From assembly GCF_000148385.1 (NCBI RefSeq), contig NC_014537.1, forward strand, positions 1,650,001 through 1,682,000: 32,000 nucleotides of DNA, read 5' to 3'. The notes under the pieces are model-generated. The model saw only the letters and a list, made by a program, of their open reading frames with translations, was not told the DNA's origin and ran no database searches. This document shows positions 8,749 through 19,048 of the stretch, one piece after another. The stretch is from Vulcanisaeta distributa DSM 14429 (GTDB taxonomy: Archaea > Thermoproteota > Thermoprotei > Thermoproteales > Thermocladiaceae). Numbering within the stretch: the first letter of the stretch is position 1; each line of letters starts with the position of its first letter. Both the position numbers and the translations under genes were made by a program.

Positions 8749-9450
8749 TTATTTATTATCTAAAACCTTTGGTTCCAGGTGTACGGACTTAATTATGTAA
8801 ATCCATGAATATTGACCTAATTTCTTAACTTCACCATCATCAATGACAACCCTATATCTAAATAATGGTGCATCGACAACGAAGGTCTCCCCCTCACCAC
8901 CCTCTAATGCTGGGTTAAAGCCGTACTTCAACGCTGAGCTTATTAATTCCTCAATGTCATCAAGTGTTAACACCCTGCCTAACAACCTAGGGTTTATACC
9001 CATGGTACTTATTGACGTTAATACGAACCTAAATCCCTGGCGATATAAATCCCTTAAGTAAGTGACTTGATCCTTCCTCCATAACGGTGAATAAACCCTT
9101 AAACCTACGTCGTGGGCTACGATATTTATCATCATCCTCTGATAATCAGATAATAAAGCCCCAGTCACTATACCAATGATCCCATACTTCCTCTTAACTT
9201 CGTTAAAAGCAATCTTCAAGTCCTCAAGCTCAAGATCCTTAACGCCACTAGTCTCATAAATAACCTGGGAAATGCCCAACGCCTCCGCTTGATACCTTGT
9301 CCACTCAATATTTGGGTAGTGGAACATCCATGAGTCAACACGGTGAGGCATTAACGTGAGCAAGCAAACAACGTCAAAACCCTTAAGTACAGCCCAATGT
9401 AGAGCGTAGGTCGAGTCCTTACCACCTGAGAATAATGAACAAACCTTCAT
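8749..9450 (-). CDS. PP-loop ATP-binding protein of the MJ0570 / diphthine-ammonia ligase (Dph6) family
   Basis: The N-terminal PP-loop is MKVCSLFSGGKDSTYAL. At about 230 aa, its size and pattern fit the archaeal Dph6-like family. Confidence 0.7.
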   Translation of the reverse strand: MKVCSLFSGGKDSTYALHWAVLKGFDVVCLLTLMPHRVDSWMFHYPNIEWTRYQAEALGISQVIYETSGVKDLELEDLKIAFNEVKRKYGIIGIVTGALLSDYQRMMINIVAHDVGLRVYSPLWRKDQVTYLRDLYRQGFRFVLTSISTMGINPRLLGRVLTLDDIEELISSALKYGFNPALEGGEGETFVVDAPLFRYRVVIDDGEVKKLGQYSWIYIIKSVHLEPKVLDNK

Positions 9451-9614
9451 TATCGATGTTTCTAAGTCTATAAAAATTTAAAATACTAATTTAGATCGTA
9501 CTTAAAACTGAATTGTAAAATTCGTACGTAGTAGAGGAGAACTTATGAAAATTCAATATTCGTAATCCGTAAATAGAAATGTTTTTAATTCACTAAATAG
9601 TGCCCAAACCCTCG

Positions 9615-9857
9615 ATGAGTAGCGAAGGAGAAGAATGGCAGTTCCCTGAGGATTGGGAGTACTCGGGCGGTGTACCAGAGAGATTGTTAAAAATTAGGGC
9701 TAAGTGTCCATACTGCGGCCATGTCTTTGAGGTCGAGATGGGTGAATCCTGGTATAACATGGGTATATCAATAGCATGTCCAAAGTGCGGTAGGCAATTC
9801 TCGATAAGCATGTATGGAGAGGTCGTTGGTGAAGTTAAGAAGACAGCAAAGAAGTGA
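9615..9857 (+). CDS. small zinc-ribbon protein (hypothetical)
   Basis: There are two CxxC pairs, CPYCGHVFEV...CPKCGRQFS. The N-terminus is acidic and the tail is basic. The start could be the GTG at 9600 or the ATG at 9615. Confidence 0.5.
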   Translation: MSSEGEEWQFPEDWEYSGGVPERLLKIRAKCPYCGHVFEVEMGESWYNMGISIACPKCGRQFSISMYGEVVGEVKKTAKK

Positions 9858-9890
9858 TATTAAAAATTAGTAACCTGGTGTTGCTTAATA

Positions 9891-10322
9891 ATGAGTAATG
9901 TGGAGTGTATTGATGATTTGTTGAATGCCCTGATGACCTTTTACTCCGTGGCAGTTATAGAGCATTACATGATATTTCTATTATTAATTAAATCTAGAAA
10001 TAATGAGGCAATACATGATCAATTGTTAAATACTGTGAGGGATCATTTGGATAAAGAGAATAGAATGCTAAACAATATGTTAAGATTATTAATGGAATGT
10101 TTTAATGAAAATACAACATCCCTAGTTAATGAATTCGTTAGGAACGTTCAGGATGGAATCACGTTAATTAACGACCCAGAATTCATAAGCAATTATATTA
10201 ATGACTTCGCAACGGCTGTAAAGACCCTAGTTAAGTATGTCTTAAACCATGAGGAATTATTATCAAGAGTAGTTAATTTATTGCGGGAAAACGTTAGAAA
10301 ATATATAAGTAGTTTTACATGA
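9891..10322 (+). CDS. hypothetical all-helical protein
   Basis: 143-aa ORF in an AT-rich stretch. I recognise no motif. The coding call rests only on ORF length, the intergenic context and the 33-nt spacing after the previous small gene. Confidence 0.4.
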   Translation: MSNVECIDDLLNALMTFYSVAVIEHYMIFLLLIKSRNNEAIHDQLLNTVRDHLDKENRMLNNMLRLLMECFNENTTSLVNEFVRNVQDGITLINDPEFISNYINDFATAVKTLVKYVLNHEELLSRVVNLLRENVRKYISSFT

Positions 10323-10342
10323 ATTTATCAGCGTAATTCTTG

Positions 10343-11272
10343 CTATGATAGGAATTGCGGAGGCACCTGCATTAGATTCTTTCTAATTGCCTCTACACTT
10401 GCTAAGAATTTCTTCTTCTGCTCCTCATTTAAATTAAGCTCTATTATTTTCTCAACACCGTTCTTACCAAGTACAACAGGAACCTCCGCAAAGACATCCC
10501 TTACTCCATACTCACCATCTAAGTACACTGATGCCTCGAATATTCTCTTTCTATCCTTCTTTATCGAGTCAACCATCAATGCAAGGCCAGCTGCTGGACC
10601 CCAGTTACTACTGAAGCCTCTTAGGTTAGTTATCTCTGCACCGGCCTGAACTGTCTTCTTAACAATATCGTCATACTGTTCCTTTGTTATGAACTCAGTG
10701 AGTGGCTTTCCATATACGAAGGATGCCTCCGGCACTGGGTACATGTTTTCGCCATGCTGCCCAAGCACAACGGGTATTATTGACTCTGGGGCGATACCAA
10801 CTAGCAGGGATGCATAGTAGGCCATTCTCTGTGAGTCAAGAACACCGCTGAAGCCGATGACCCTATTTCTTGGGAAGCCAAGCTTCTTGTAAAGCACGTA
10901 AACCATCGCATCGAGTGGGTTTGTCGTGATTATAACAATGGAGTTCGGCGCGTACTTCCTAATCTGCTCAGCTATTGAGGCTACGATTTCCGCATTCTTA
11001 GCCGCCAACTCCTCCCTGGTCATTCCAGGCTTTCTGGCGAGACCAGCAGTGACTATTACTAGGTCACTACCCTCCATGTCCTTATAATCATTACTACCCC
11101 TATACCTAACAGACTTACCAAGTATTGCAGCCGCGTGGTTCAGGTCAAGAGCCTCACCCTGGGGCAGGTTCTTTATTACATCTATGAGGACTATCTCATT
11201 GTCTGGTTCGAAGAACATGAGGAAGGCAGCTGTGGTTGCACCGACACGACCACTACCTATTATCGTTATCAT
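10343..11272 (-). CDS. mdh: malate dehydrogenase (LDH-like MDH family)
   Basis: MITIIGSGRVGATTA Rossmann motif, ..VIVTAGLARKPGMTREEL.., ..ITTNPLD.., ..GQHGENM... An SD-like GGGTGA lies about 6 nt upstream of the ATG. Confidence 0.9.
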   Translation of the reverse strand: MITIIGSGRVGATTAAFLMFFEPDNEIVLIDVIKNLPQGEALDLNHAAAILGKSVRYRGSNDYKDMEGSDLVIVTAGLARKPGMTREELAAKNAEIVASIAEQIRKYAPNSIVIITTNPLDAMVYVLYKKLGFPRNRVIGFSGVLDSQRMAYYASLLVGIAPESIIPVVLGQHGENMYPVPEASFVYGKPLTEFITKEQYDDIVKKTVQAGAEITNLRGFSSNWGPAAGLALMVDSIKKDRKRIFEASVYLDGEYGVRDVFAEVPVVLGKNGVEKIIELNLNEEQKKKFLASVEAIRKNLMQVPPQFLS

Positions 11273-11402
11273 CTAATTCACCCATTACTTACATTAATTG
11301 ACGTATTTTTAACTTTAATCCATCTACAATGTATCAATAGTAATAAGCGCTTCTGAATCTGTGATTTCAATTTATGAAAGACGTTACTGAATCACCTATT
11401 AC

Positions 11403-12560
<1,158 letters not shown>

Positions 12561-12569
12561 CTAGATAGG

Positions 12570-12580
12570 TTTATAAATAA
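12570..12580 (+). promoter_or_regulatory. TATA box for the DUF59 gene
   Basis: TTTATAAATAA lies 28-38 nt upstream of the ATG at 12608, which is consistent with a leaderless or short-leader archaeal mRNA. Confidence 0.5.
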
Positions 12581-12607
12581 GTCTCCGTGACACTGTTGGT
12601 GATTTTA

Positions 12608-13069
12608 ATGGCAGTGTCTAATGAAGAGGTAATAGGCACTACAAATAATGAAGAGACAGAGGAACCAATATTCAAGACGAACCTGCCCAATGATAAGGTT
12701 AAGGAGTTGATAGAAATTTTGCGTAATGTGTATGACCCAGAAATACCGATTAACGTGTATGACCTAGGGCTTATTTATGAAGTAATGATGGATAATGATA
12801 AAGTCGTTCATGTAAAAATGACACTAACAGCAGTGGGTTGCCCACTATCTGAAAACCTTGGTTATCAGGTTGGTGCCGCAATTCAACAGGCCATACCAGA
12901 TGCAAAGGACATAGAGATTGACGTGGTCTTCGATCCACCCTGGACCCCATTAAAGATGACGAAGTTAGGACGTGAGATGTTTAAGGCGATTTATGGCTAT
13001 GATATTGTTGAACAATGGTTAAAGACCCAGAACGAACAAAATCCCCAGGTAAGTGAGGGTGAGCAGTGA
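12608..13069 (+). CDS. DUF59 / MIP18-family Fe-S cluster assembly protein (SufT/PaaD-like)
   Basis: ..VYDPEIPINVYDLGLIYEV...VKMTLTAVGCPL.. is the DUF59 signature. A TATA box at 12570..12580 favours the ATG at 12608 over the GTG at 12587. Confidence 0.8.
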   Translation: MAVSNEEVIGTTNNEETEEPIFKTNLPNDKVKELIEILRNVYDPEIPINVYDLGLIYEVMMDNDKVVHVKMTLTAVGCPLSENLGYQVGAAIQQAIPDAKDIEIDVVFDPPWTPLKMTKLGREMFKAIYGYDIVEQWLKTQNEQNPQVSEGEQ

Positions 13070-13167
13070 ATTAATGAAAGCCAAAGTCAATGATTATTTC
13101 TCATTGTCTATTTCTAAATAACTGCACTTCTGTATTATGAATAAAAGATTTAAAAGGTATATTTAGA

Positions 13168-13596
13168 ATGGAAAATGTGTTATCATCATCAAGCAGTATT
13201 CCATCAGGAAGAACATTGACCGAGCGGGTACAGCAAAAACTAAGTGAAATATTGGAATCAAGTGACTTAATAAAGTTCGTTGCCTTAGTTACAATGGATG
13301 GATTCACAATAGCATCAGAGATGAAAGATAATATTAATGTCAACCCAAAGTGGTTAGGTGCATTAATAGTGTCCTCAATAAAGAACCTTGAACTTAACCT
13401 AAGAAAGGCATTGAATGAGGCAAACCTGTCCGAGCTGGTGATATCCCTAGGGCAGGACCTACTGATTGTAAAATCCATTGGTAAGTTGGCATTAATAATG
13501 ATTGTTGATAAGGCATTGGACATGAATTTTGTGATGTATGAGATTGAGGAGGGATTACGTGATCTATCAACGGATTTAGGTTTAGGAATTGAGTAA
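13168..13596 (+). CDS. Roadblock/LC7 (MglB-like) domain protein
   Basis: ..IKFVALVTMDGFTIAS.. together with the later ..LLIVKSIGKLALIMIVD.. matches the Roadblock/LC7 alpha-beta-alpha pattern. Confidence 0.6.
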   Translation: MENVLSSSSSIPSGRTLTERVQQKLSEILESSDLIKFVALVTMDGFTIASEMKDNINVNPKWLGALIVSSIKNLELNLRKALNEANLSELVISLGQDLLIVKSIGKLALIMIVDKALDMNFVMYEIEEGLRDLSTDLGLGIE

Positions 13597-13610
13597 TTTT
13601 AACCATTTAA

Positions 13611-14081
13611 TTAATTGGAGTTACCGTCAGACCCCTCCTCATTTGCCATGCTATTTAACGACTCTATTAATGCAGCTGATGTTAGATTCTCAATTAATTG
13701 CTTCGACTTCTCATAGTATGCATTAATTAACTGTAGCAGCTTCTGCTTAACATAGTCTATTGGCTTCGTGTAATAAACATAGGTATAACCTCCATTCTTA
13801 GCGAGTACAGGTCTCCTAGCGATCAAGCCAAGCTGGACAAGCTTAACTAAGGACCTTTCAATAGTACTTCTTGACTTATTCATCTCTTTCGCTATCTCAG
13901 CTACGGTCAGTGGTTCCTTGGCCTTATTCTGCAGTAGGTAGTAAATCTCAACCTCAGTTGGTGAGAGCCTAAGTATGCACCTAAGGATGTACTTAATATC
14001 GACGTCCTCAAGGATCTCTTCGGTACTCTTCTCCTTAATTGTTATGAGAGACACCACGTTAACCACCAACATCAGTGTCAC
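13611..14081 (-). CDS. winged-helix transcription regulator (TrmB/Lrs14/MarR-like)
   Basis: ..LSPTEVEIYYLLQNKAKEPLTVAEIAKEMNKSRSTIERSLVKLVQLGLIARRP.. is a typical archaeal wHTH. The C-terminal tail is helical and acidic. Confidence 0.7.
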   Translation of the reverse strand: MTLMLVVNVVSLITIKEKSTEEILEDVDIKYILRCILRLSPTEVEIYYLLQNKAKEPLTVAEIAKEMNKSRSTIERSLVKLVQLGLIARRPVLAKNGGYTYVYYTKPIDYVKQKLLQLINAYYEKSKQLIENLTSAALIESLNSMANEEGSDGNSN

Positions 14082-14165
14082 AGAGTTTCTTTATAAACCT
14101 TTTTCTCCAACATTTTCCACTATAGATGCATGATTTTATCAAATTATTTATATATAATTAAGACC

Positions 14166-15146
14166 TTATAGCTCTACAGTGACACCCATATTCTTACTTT
14201 TCACTAAGTTATATATGTAAGTTGCCGCCGCAAGATCCTCAACAGCAATACCAACAGACTTAAACAACGTAATATCCTCATCTCTCGATCTACCCTGTCT
14301 TACCCCGCTTATTATCTCACCTATCTCAATTAAATTCTTTTCAGATATTAAGCCATTCTTCATTGGAATTATTATATCGCCAGTCTCATTCATAACAGCA
14401 GCGCGTGAGTCAACAGCTATCACGGATGCTTTACGAATAACATCATCATCCAATTCCCTAGCATTAACCTCAGGTGCGCCGATTGATGCTATGTGCATTC
14501 CCTCATGAAGCCATGAGCCGTGAATGACGGGTTCTTTGCTTGTCGTTGCCGTTATTACAATACTAGCTTGCTTAACAGCGTCATAACCTGAATCAACTAC
14601 CACGGCATCAATACCTCTATCCTGGGCTATTTTAGCCAATTCAAGAGCCCTTTCTTTCGTTCTTGAATGTATGAACACTCTCCTTATGGGAAAAGCCCTA
14701 GATAATAATATTAAATGGTACCTTGCCTGCAATCCAGCACCAATAATTGTCACGTTATCCATACTTCGTGCCATATATTTGACCGATACCGCAGTCGCGG
14801 CTGCGGTTCTCCACGCCGTTAATGCTGTGCCATTAATGACTGCCATTGGCTGTCCCGTAATATCATCCATAAGTACGACTATTCCCTGGGTCGTTGGTAG
14901 ACCACGTGCCTTATTACCCTCAATAACATTGACTATTTTAACGGAAAATCCGAGGTTACGTGCACCACAGGGCATAACACCCCACCAATCATTATTAAGG
15001 TAAATAACTGTTCTTTGCGGCATCTTAACAACGCCGGAGCTATAGTCCTTAAAAGCCGCGGCTATGGCATTTATTAATCCGTTAACGCCATCCTTACTAT
15101 CTAGGGCCTCATCAACCTCCCTTCCATTTACTATTAATAGTCTCAT
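14166..15146 (-). CDS. ornithine cyclodeaminase / mu-crystallin family NAD-dependent enzyme
   Basis: ..LTAWRTAAATAVS.., the Rossmann motif ..VTIIGAGLQARYHL.. and ..IASIGA.. are spaced as in the OCD/mu-crystallin (archaeal alanine dehydrogenase-like) family. Confidence 0.8.
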   Translation of the reverse strand: MRLLIVNGREVDEALDSKDGVNGLINAIAAAFKDYSSGVVKMPQRTVIYLNNDWWGVMPCGARNLGFSVKIVNVIEGNKARGLPTTQGIVVLMDDITGQPMAVINGTALTAWRTAAATAVSVKYMARSMDNVTIIGAGLQARYHLILLSRAFPIRRVFIHSRTKERALELAKIAQDRGIDAVVVDSGYDAVKQASIVITATTSKEPVIHGSWLHEGMHIASIGAPEVNARELDDDVIRKASVIAVDSRAAVMNETGDIIIPMKNGLISEKNLIEIGEIISGVRQGRSRDEDITLFKSVGIAVEDLAAATYIYNLVKSKNMGVTVEL

Positions 15147-15272
15147 ATTACATTTGAACTATGATGAAAAATTTAAGCATTATTCTCTATAGATATGAAT
15201 AGAGAAATACCGTCTATACATTTTGCGACAGATTTATTAATTCTAGCTATAAGTAAAATAGTGGGTGAGCTT

Positions 15273-15566
15273 ATGGCGATTAAATGCATTGATTGCAAGT
15301 ACTTTAGACTTCATGAATTACGTGATAATATTGGTATTTGTACGAATAAGGATAGCCCATATTACATGAGGTTGGTCATGACCGAGTGGCAATGCCCATT
15401 CTTCGTAGAATTTAATGAGGAGATGGATGAGGACGAATTTTACTGGTGCTCGGACTGCAAAACGATGGTGCACAAGTCATTATTAACACTTCATAAGGGA
15501 CATAAATTAGTTAAGACACCGTACATTGACGAGGAATCCCACTTGGAAACCTATGTAGCTGATTAA
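15273..15566 (+). CDS. small Cys/His-rich metal-binding protein (hypothetical)
   Basis: MAIKCIDCKYF..GICT..WQCPFF gives a C-x2-C-x13-C-x18-C pattern. It is followed by WCSDCKTMVHKSLLTLHKGH, a C-x2-C...H-x2-H pattern. I place the start at the internal ATG. Confidence 0.45.
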   Translation: MAIKCIDCKYFRLHELRDNIGICTNKDSPYYMRLVMTEWQCPFFVEFNEEMDEDEFYWCSDCKTMVHKSLLTLHKGHKLVKTPYIDEESHLETYVAD

Positions 15567-15581
15567 CTTACCTCCTTCAAA

Positions 15582-16205
15582 TCATGCATTTAAACAGTAT
15601 TTTCGCACAAAGCTTTCAATGGCCTTAGCTATCACCCTAATATCCTTACCTCTAGGTGTATGCGGCATACCCTCAACACGTATTAACTCAATCACATTAC
15701 CAAGCGACTTAGCCCTATCATAGTAATCCTCCACCTGCTTTATACTCACTAACTCATCATTAGTGCCATGAATTAAAAGTATCGGCGGTAGGTTGGGTCT
15801 TAAGTAATTTATTGGTGAAGTCTTCACGAGAAATTCCTCAGTAACCTGCCTATTATCAATTCTCATTAATTCCTCATAAGTCCTCCTTCTAATACTACCA
15901 GGCTCACCTGAGAGCAACCACCTAATCTGCGCTAACCTATCAGTTGGTCCTGACACGGAGATTGCGCAAGCTACTCGATCCACGGTTGATGCAGTAAGTA
16001 ATGCTATTGTACCACCCATTGAGTGCCCAGCGATGATATATCTGTCATTAGCCCCCTCAAGTAACTCCCTGACCTTATTAAGACCGTCCTCAAAATCCCT
16101 ATATGTTGGTGCTATTACCTCTAGGTTTAATGATCTCAGTGGGCCAATAAGCCAATTTATCTTCTCGGGGCTTGAACCAAAGCCATGTAGTGCCAACGCC
16201 TTCAT
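15582..16205 (-). CDS. alpha/beta-fold hydrolase (esterase/lipase-like)
   Basis: LHGFGSS near the N-terminus, the nucleophile elbow GHSMGG, and late ..HGTNDELV.. and ..MPH.. fit a Ser-Asp-His triad layout. Confidence 0.75.
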   Translation of the reverse strand: MKALALHGFGSSPEKINWLIGPLRSLNLEVIAPTYRDFEDGLNKVRELLEGANDRYIIAGHSMGGTIALLTASTVDRVACAISVSGPTDRLAQIRWLLSGEPGSIRRRTYEELMRIDNRQVTEEFLVKTSPINYLRPNLPPILLIHGTNDELVSIKQVEDYYDRAKSLGNVIELIRVEGMPHTPRGKDIRVIAKAIESFVRKYCLNA

Positions 16206-16295
16206 TGTTAAGGCATGTGCATTGAATTGGTTATAAAGTTTTGGTACCGGTGGAGAGTTAACCTAATAAATTTATTATAGATCCTAACATCGATC

Positions 16296-17030
16296 ATGGC
16301 AAAATCAAGAAAGACAAAAAGACCCCAAAGGCGTAGAGGAAGACTGTTTTACTTAGCGCTGGCGTTAGTGATACTTGGTGAGGCGGCATTCATAATTGTC
16401 CTATTCTTACCCGGCATAGTATCCAAGCTAACAATGAACCAACAAACCCAGACTGAGCTTAACGCCACGGTTATTACCGAGTATATGCTCTCAACATTAA
16501 TAAATCCATATAATAATTCAATAGTAAATGCCACAGCGTTAGGATTGATAAATAACACGAAGCCCATATTAATGTACTTAACAGTTAATGACCCATACCT
16601 AATAGATGAATCATGCAATATCTGGCCAATACTTTATAATGCTGCACGGTACCACAATTATAACGTCATAATTATAGTATTTCCTAATCCGCCAACTCAG
16701 GCCCCCGCAACATTATCAGTGATACAGCAATTCGATAATTACGTATATGAACTTTGTAGTTTCAGCCCTGGAACATCGAACTTCATGGTTACGACCGCGT
16801 TTTGGGGTAATTATACGTATGGATCGCAAGTGCTTATTGTTGGTTATGGAACGTTATTACCACAATTACTCACTAAATTGGGTATTAATGCAAGTAGCGT
16901 TTACTTCCCATTGTTAATAGTAGTTAAGCCTCATAACACCGTAGATGCCTCAGGGATAATTTATGGCTCACAGCTCATGAATAGCACATACCTAAATGAG
17001 ACATTATTTACATCATTAGGGAGTAGTTAA
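16296..17030 (+). CDS. membrane-anchored, probably N-glycosylated extracellular protein (hypothetical)
   Basis: A basic N-terminus (KSRKTKRPQRRRGR) is followed by one hydrophobic helix and then a domain with many NxS/T sequons. It is possibly DUF929-like with the CxxC lost (..DESCNIWP..), but I cannot verify that. Confidence 0.5.
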   Translation: MAKSRKTKRPQRRRGRLFYLALALVILGEAAFIIVLFLPGIVSKLTMNQQTQTELNATVITEYMLSTLINPYNNSIVNATALGLINNTKPILMYLTVNDPYLIDESCNIWPILYNAARYHNYNVIIIVFPNPPTQAPATLSVIQQFDNYVYELCSFSPGTSNFMVTTAFWGNYTYGSQVLIVGYGTLLPQLLTKLGINASSVYFPLLIVVKPHNTVDASGIIYGSQLMNSTYLNETLFTSLGSS

Positions 17031-17779
17031 TCAGATAAAAACCTCGTGCATTTACTGGGCTCCTCGTCATGAAGTATCCTACTTATTGATTCCAAATCCC
17101 ATATCGCACATAGGTAGGTCCTTGTATACCTAGCCAATTCCATTGCGGACTGGATCTTCTTCATGAGGCCTCCAGTCACGTCTATATGATAAGTACTCCT
17201 CTCATTAACAATGGATGCTTTAGTTAATTGTTTAATGACATCACCATTAGTATCAAGTATTCCAGGTACGTCAGTCAAGAATATCGACGCTGACGGCCTT
17301 AACTTTGAGCCTAAGTCAAGCATTATATCATCACCACTGATTATGGAGAAATCCTCATCACTAGCAACAACATCCCCATAAAGCATTGGTACTACACCCC
17401 TTTCAATTAATTCGATTATGTGCATAGGCTCTATCAACAGGTGGGGCTTACCATCTTTAATTATGTATATTGAGCCTGTCCTTAACGGATAAATGGGTAA
17501 CCCAACCAACGTCAGTGTAAGTGTTATTTTCATGCTTAAAATATTGAGTACGGCTGAAGTGAGGGATACACCAATTAATTGGTCGTGATCTCTATACCTA
17601 TTTAATCCATAAGCCAATGCCATAGGATGCGCGAAGCTACCGCCTCCGTGAACCAGGATAAACCTATTACCTGTCTTGAACTCCTTAACGAGTAAGGTGC
17701 CCAGTTTCCTTACCCAATCCTCCCTATAACTAAGTGGCCTTGACTTATCACTTATTGCGCTACCCCCCAACTTTATCAT
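17027..17779 (-). CDS. isopentenyl phosphate kinase (amino-acid-kinase fold)
   Basis: MIKLGGSAISDK.., ..LVHGGGSFAHP.., ..ISGDDIM.., ..DVPGILD.. in about 250 aa match the IPK pattern. The gene is adjacent to a prenyl synthase gene. Confidence 0.75.
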   Translation of the reverse strand: MIKLGGSAISDKSRPLSYREDWVRKLGTLLVKEFKTGNRFILVHGGGSFAHPMALAYGLNRYRDHDQLIGVSLTSAVLNILSMKITLTLTLVGLPIYPLRTGSIYIIKDGKPHLLIEPMHIIELIERGVVPMLYGDVVASDEDFSIISGDDIMLDLGSKLRPSASIFLTDVPGILDTNGDVIKQLTKASIVNERSTYHIDVTGGLMKKIQSAMELARYTRTYLCAIWDLESISRILHDEEPSKCTRFLSD

Positions 17780-17863
17780 GAAAAGCCTCATCGGCCCTCC
17801 GGTGGTTAATACCGTAAGCTGGACTTATAAGTATGAGGTTATTCATGTTTAATATAAATTTCA

Positions 17864-18895
17864 CTAGAATTCCCTAGTTACCGTAAACCTCAAAATCTCC
17901 CTAAGATCATCAACAAACTCATTACTCCCTAACTCACTTAATGCCCTTTCAGACTTCTCCGCAAAGTCCATGGCAATCCTCAACGCGTTTCCCCTGGCGT
18001 TAGTCTTCGATATTATCTCCACAGCCCTCTTAACATCGTCATTCGTGACAGTGGTCTTACCGAGAATACTCAATAATTCCTCCCTATCCTTATCGCCTAA
18101 TTCCTTCAACGCCATTACAACGACCGCATTACCCAACTTATGCTCCTTAATGTCCTTACCAATTTCCTTACCAAATTTCTTAACATCACCAAAAATGTCT
18201 AATATGTCATCTAATACCTGAAAGGCAAGCCCCAGATACGTGCCATAATCAGACAATGGCTTAATACAATGTGGCGCATTAGCAGACATCGCGCCAAAGA
18301 CAGCGGCCGTCCTTATTAAGGCGGCGGTCTTAAGGCTTATCATCTTCACGTAAGTATTATACAGGGCTTCCCAATTGCTCAGCAACCTGGGCCCTAATCT
18401 ATTCTCTACGAAGTATGGATCCCTGCGCCCAGCATATTCAAGCAAGATATCTAATCGCTCACCCTCGTCTATTGCGCGTATGGTATTCGCCGTCTCCCTC
18501 GCGAAGGCTATTGGATCCCTAGTCTCGAGTATGGCTTCTTCAATGGCCTCCCTATACCATATACCGATTAATATTGCTGCGTAATCACCGTACTTAGCCC
18601 TAACCGTAGGCTTATTCCTCCTTAGTAATGCCTCATCTATTATGTCATCATAGATCAGGGAATAATTGTGTATTAATTCCACGATTGCTGCGGCGGGTAG
18701 CGCAACCCTATAATCACCGCCACAAGCCCTCGCGGCTGTCAACGTTATTAATGGTCTTAATCTCTTACCGCCAGTGGATACTTGGTAAATCACGGCATCC
18801 CTAAACTCCTCACTCACCTCCTTACTTAGGTATTTAATTAATTGCTCGTCAATTTCACGTCCATAGAGACTATGAAGCTTCTCTAAAATGTCCAT
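17864..18895 (-). CDS. polyprenyl diphosphate synthase (geranylgeranyl diphosphate synthase-like)
   Basis: The first aspartate-rich motif is LIYDDIIDE, the second is FQVLDDILD, and ..GGKRLRP.. is upstream. Product chain length cannot be read from the sequence. Confidence 0.85.
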   Translation of the reverse strand: MDILEKLHSLYGREIDEQLIKYLSKEVSEEFRDAVIYQVSTGGKRLRPLITLTAARACGGDYRVALPAAAIVELIHNYSLIYDDIIDEALLRRNKPTVRAKYGDYAAILIGIWYREAIEEAILETRDPIAFARETANTIRAIDEGERLDILLEYAGRRDPYFVENRLGPRLLSNWEALYNTYVKMISLKTAALIRTAAVFGAMSANAPHCIKPLSDYGTYLGLAFQVLDDILDIFGDVKKFGKEIGKDIKEHKLGNAVVVMALKELGDKDREELLSILGKTTVTNDDVKRAVEIISKTNARGNALRIAMDFAEKSERALSELGSNEFVDDLREILRFTVTREF

Positions 18896-19048
18896 CGGGT
18901 TTACGATTAACGCCAGTAATTAAGTTATATCCCCATGATATCTACGATATTTTTAACTGTTGAATATGAATTAGTTAATATCTGAAGCAATTGTTAACCA
19001 TTAATTATGGACAAAGCTTAATATTGCTTAATCAATTGCTAAAGACGT

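Noticed and set aside
9451-10340. AT-rich islet as an integrated mobile element
   Set aside because: I could find no integrase or transposase, no flanking direct or inverted repeats, and no adjacent tRNA gene. It is kept only as an orphan-gene observation.
13101-13523. 140-aa - strand ORF overlapping the Roadblock/LC7 gene
   Set aside because: The + strand frame gives a coherent Roadblock/LC7 pattern with a TATA-like element just upstream. The - strand ORF has no motif and would leave the + strand signal unexplained.
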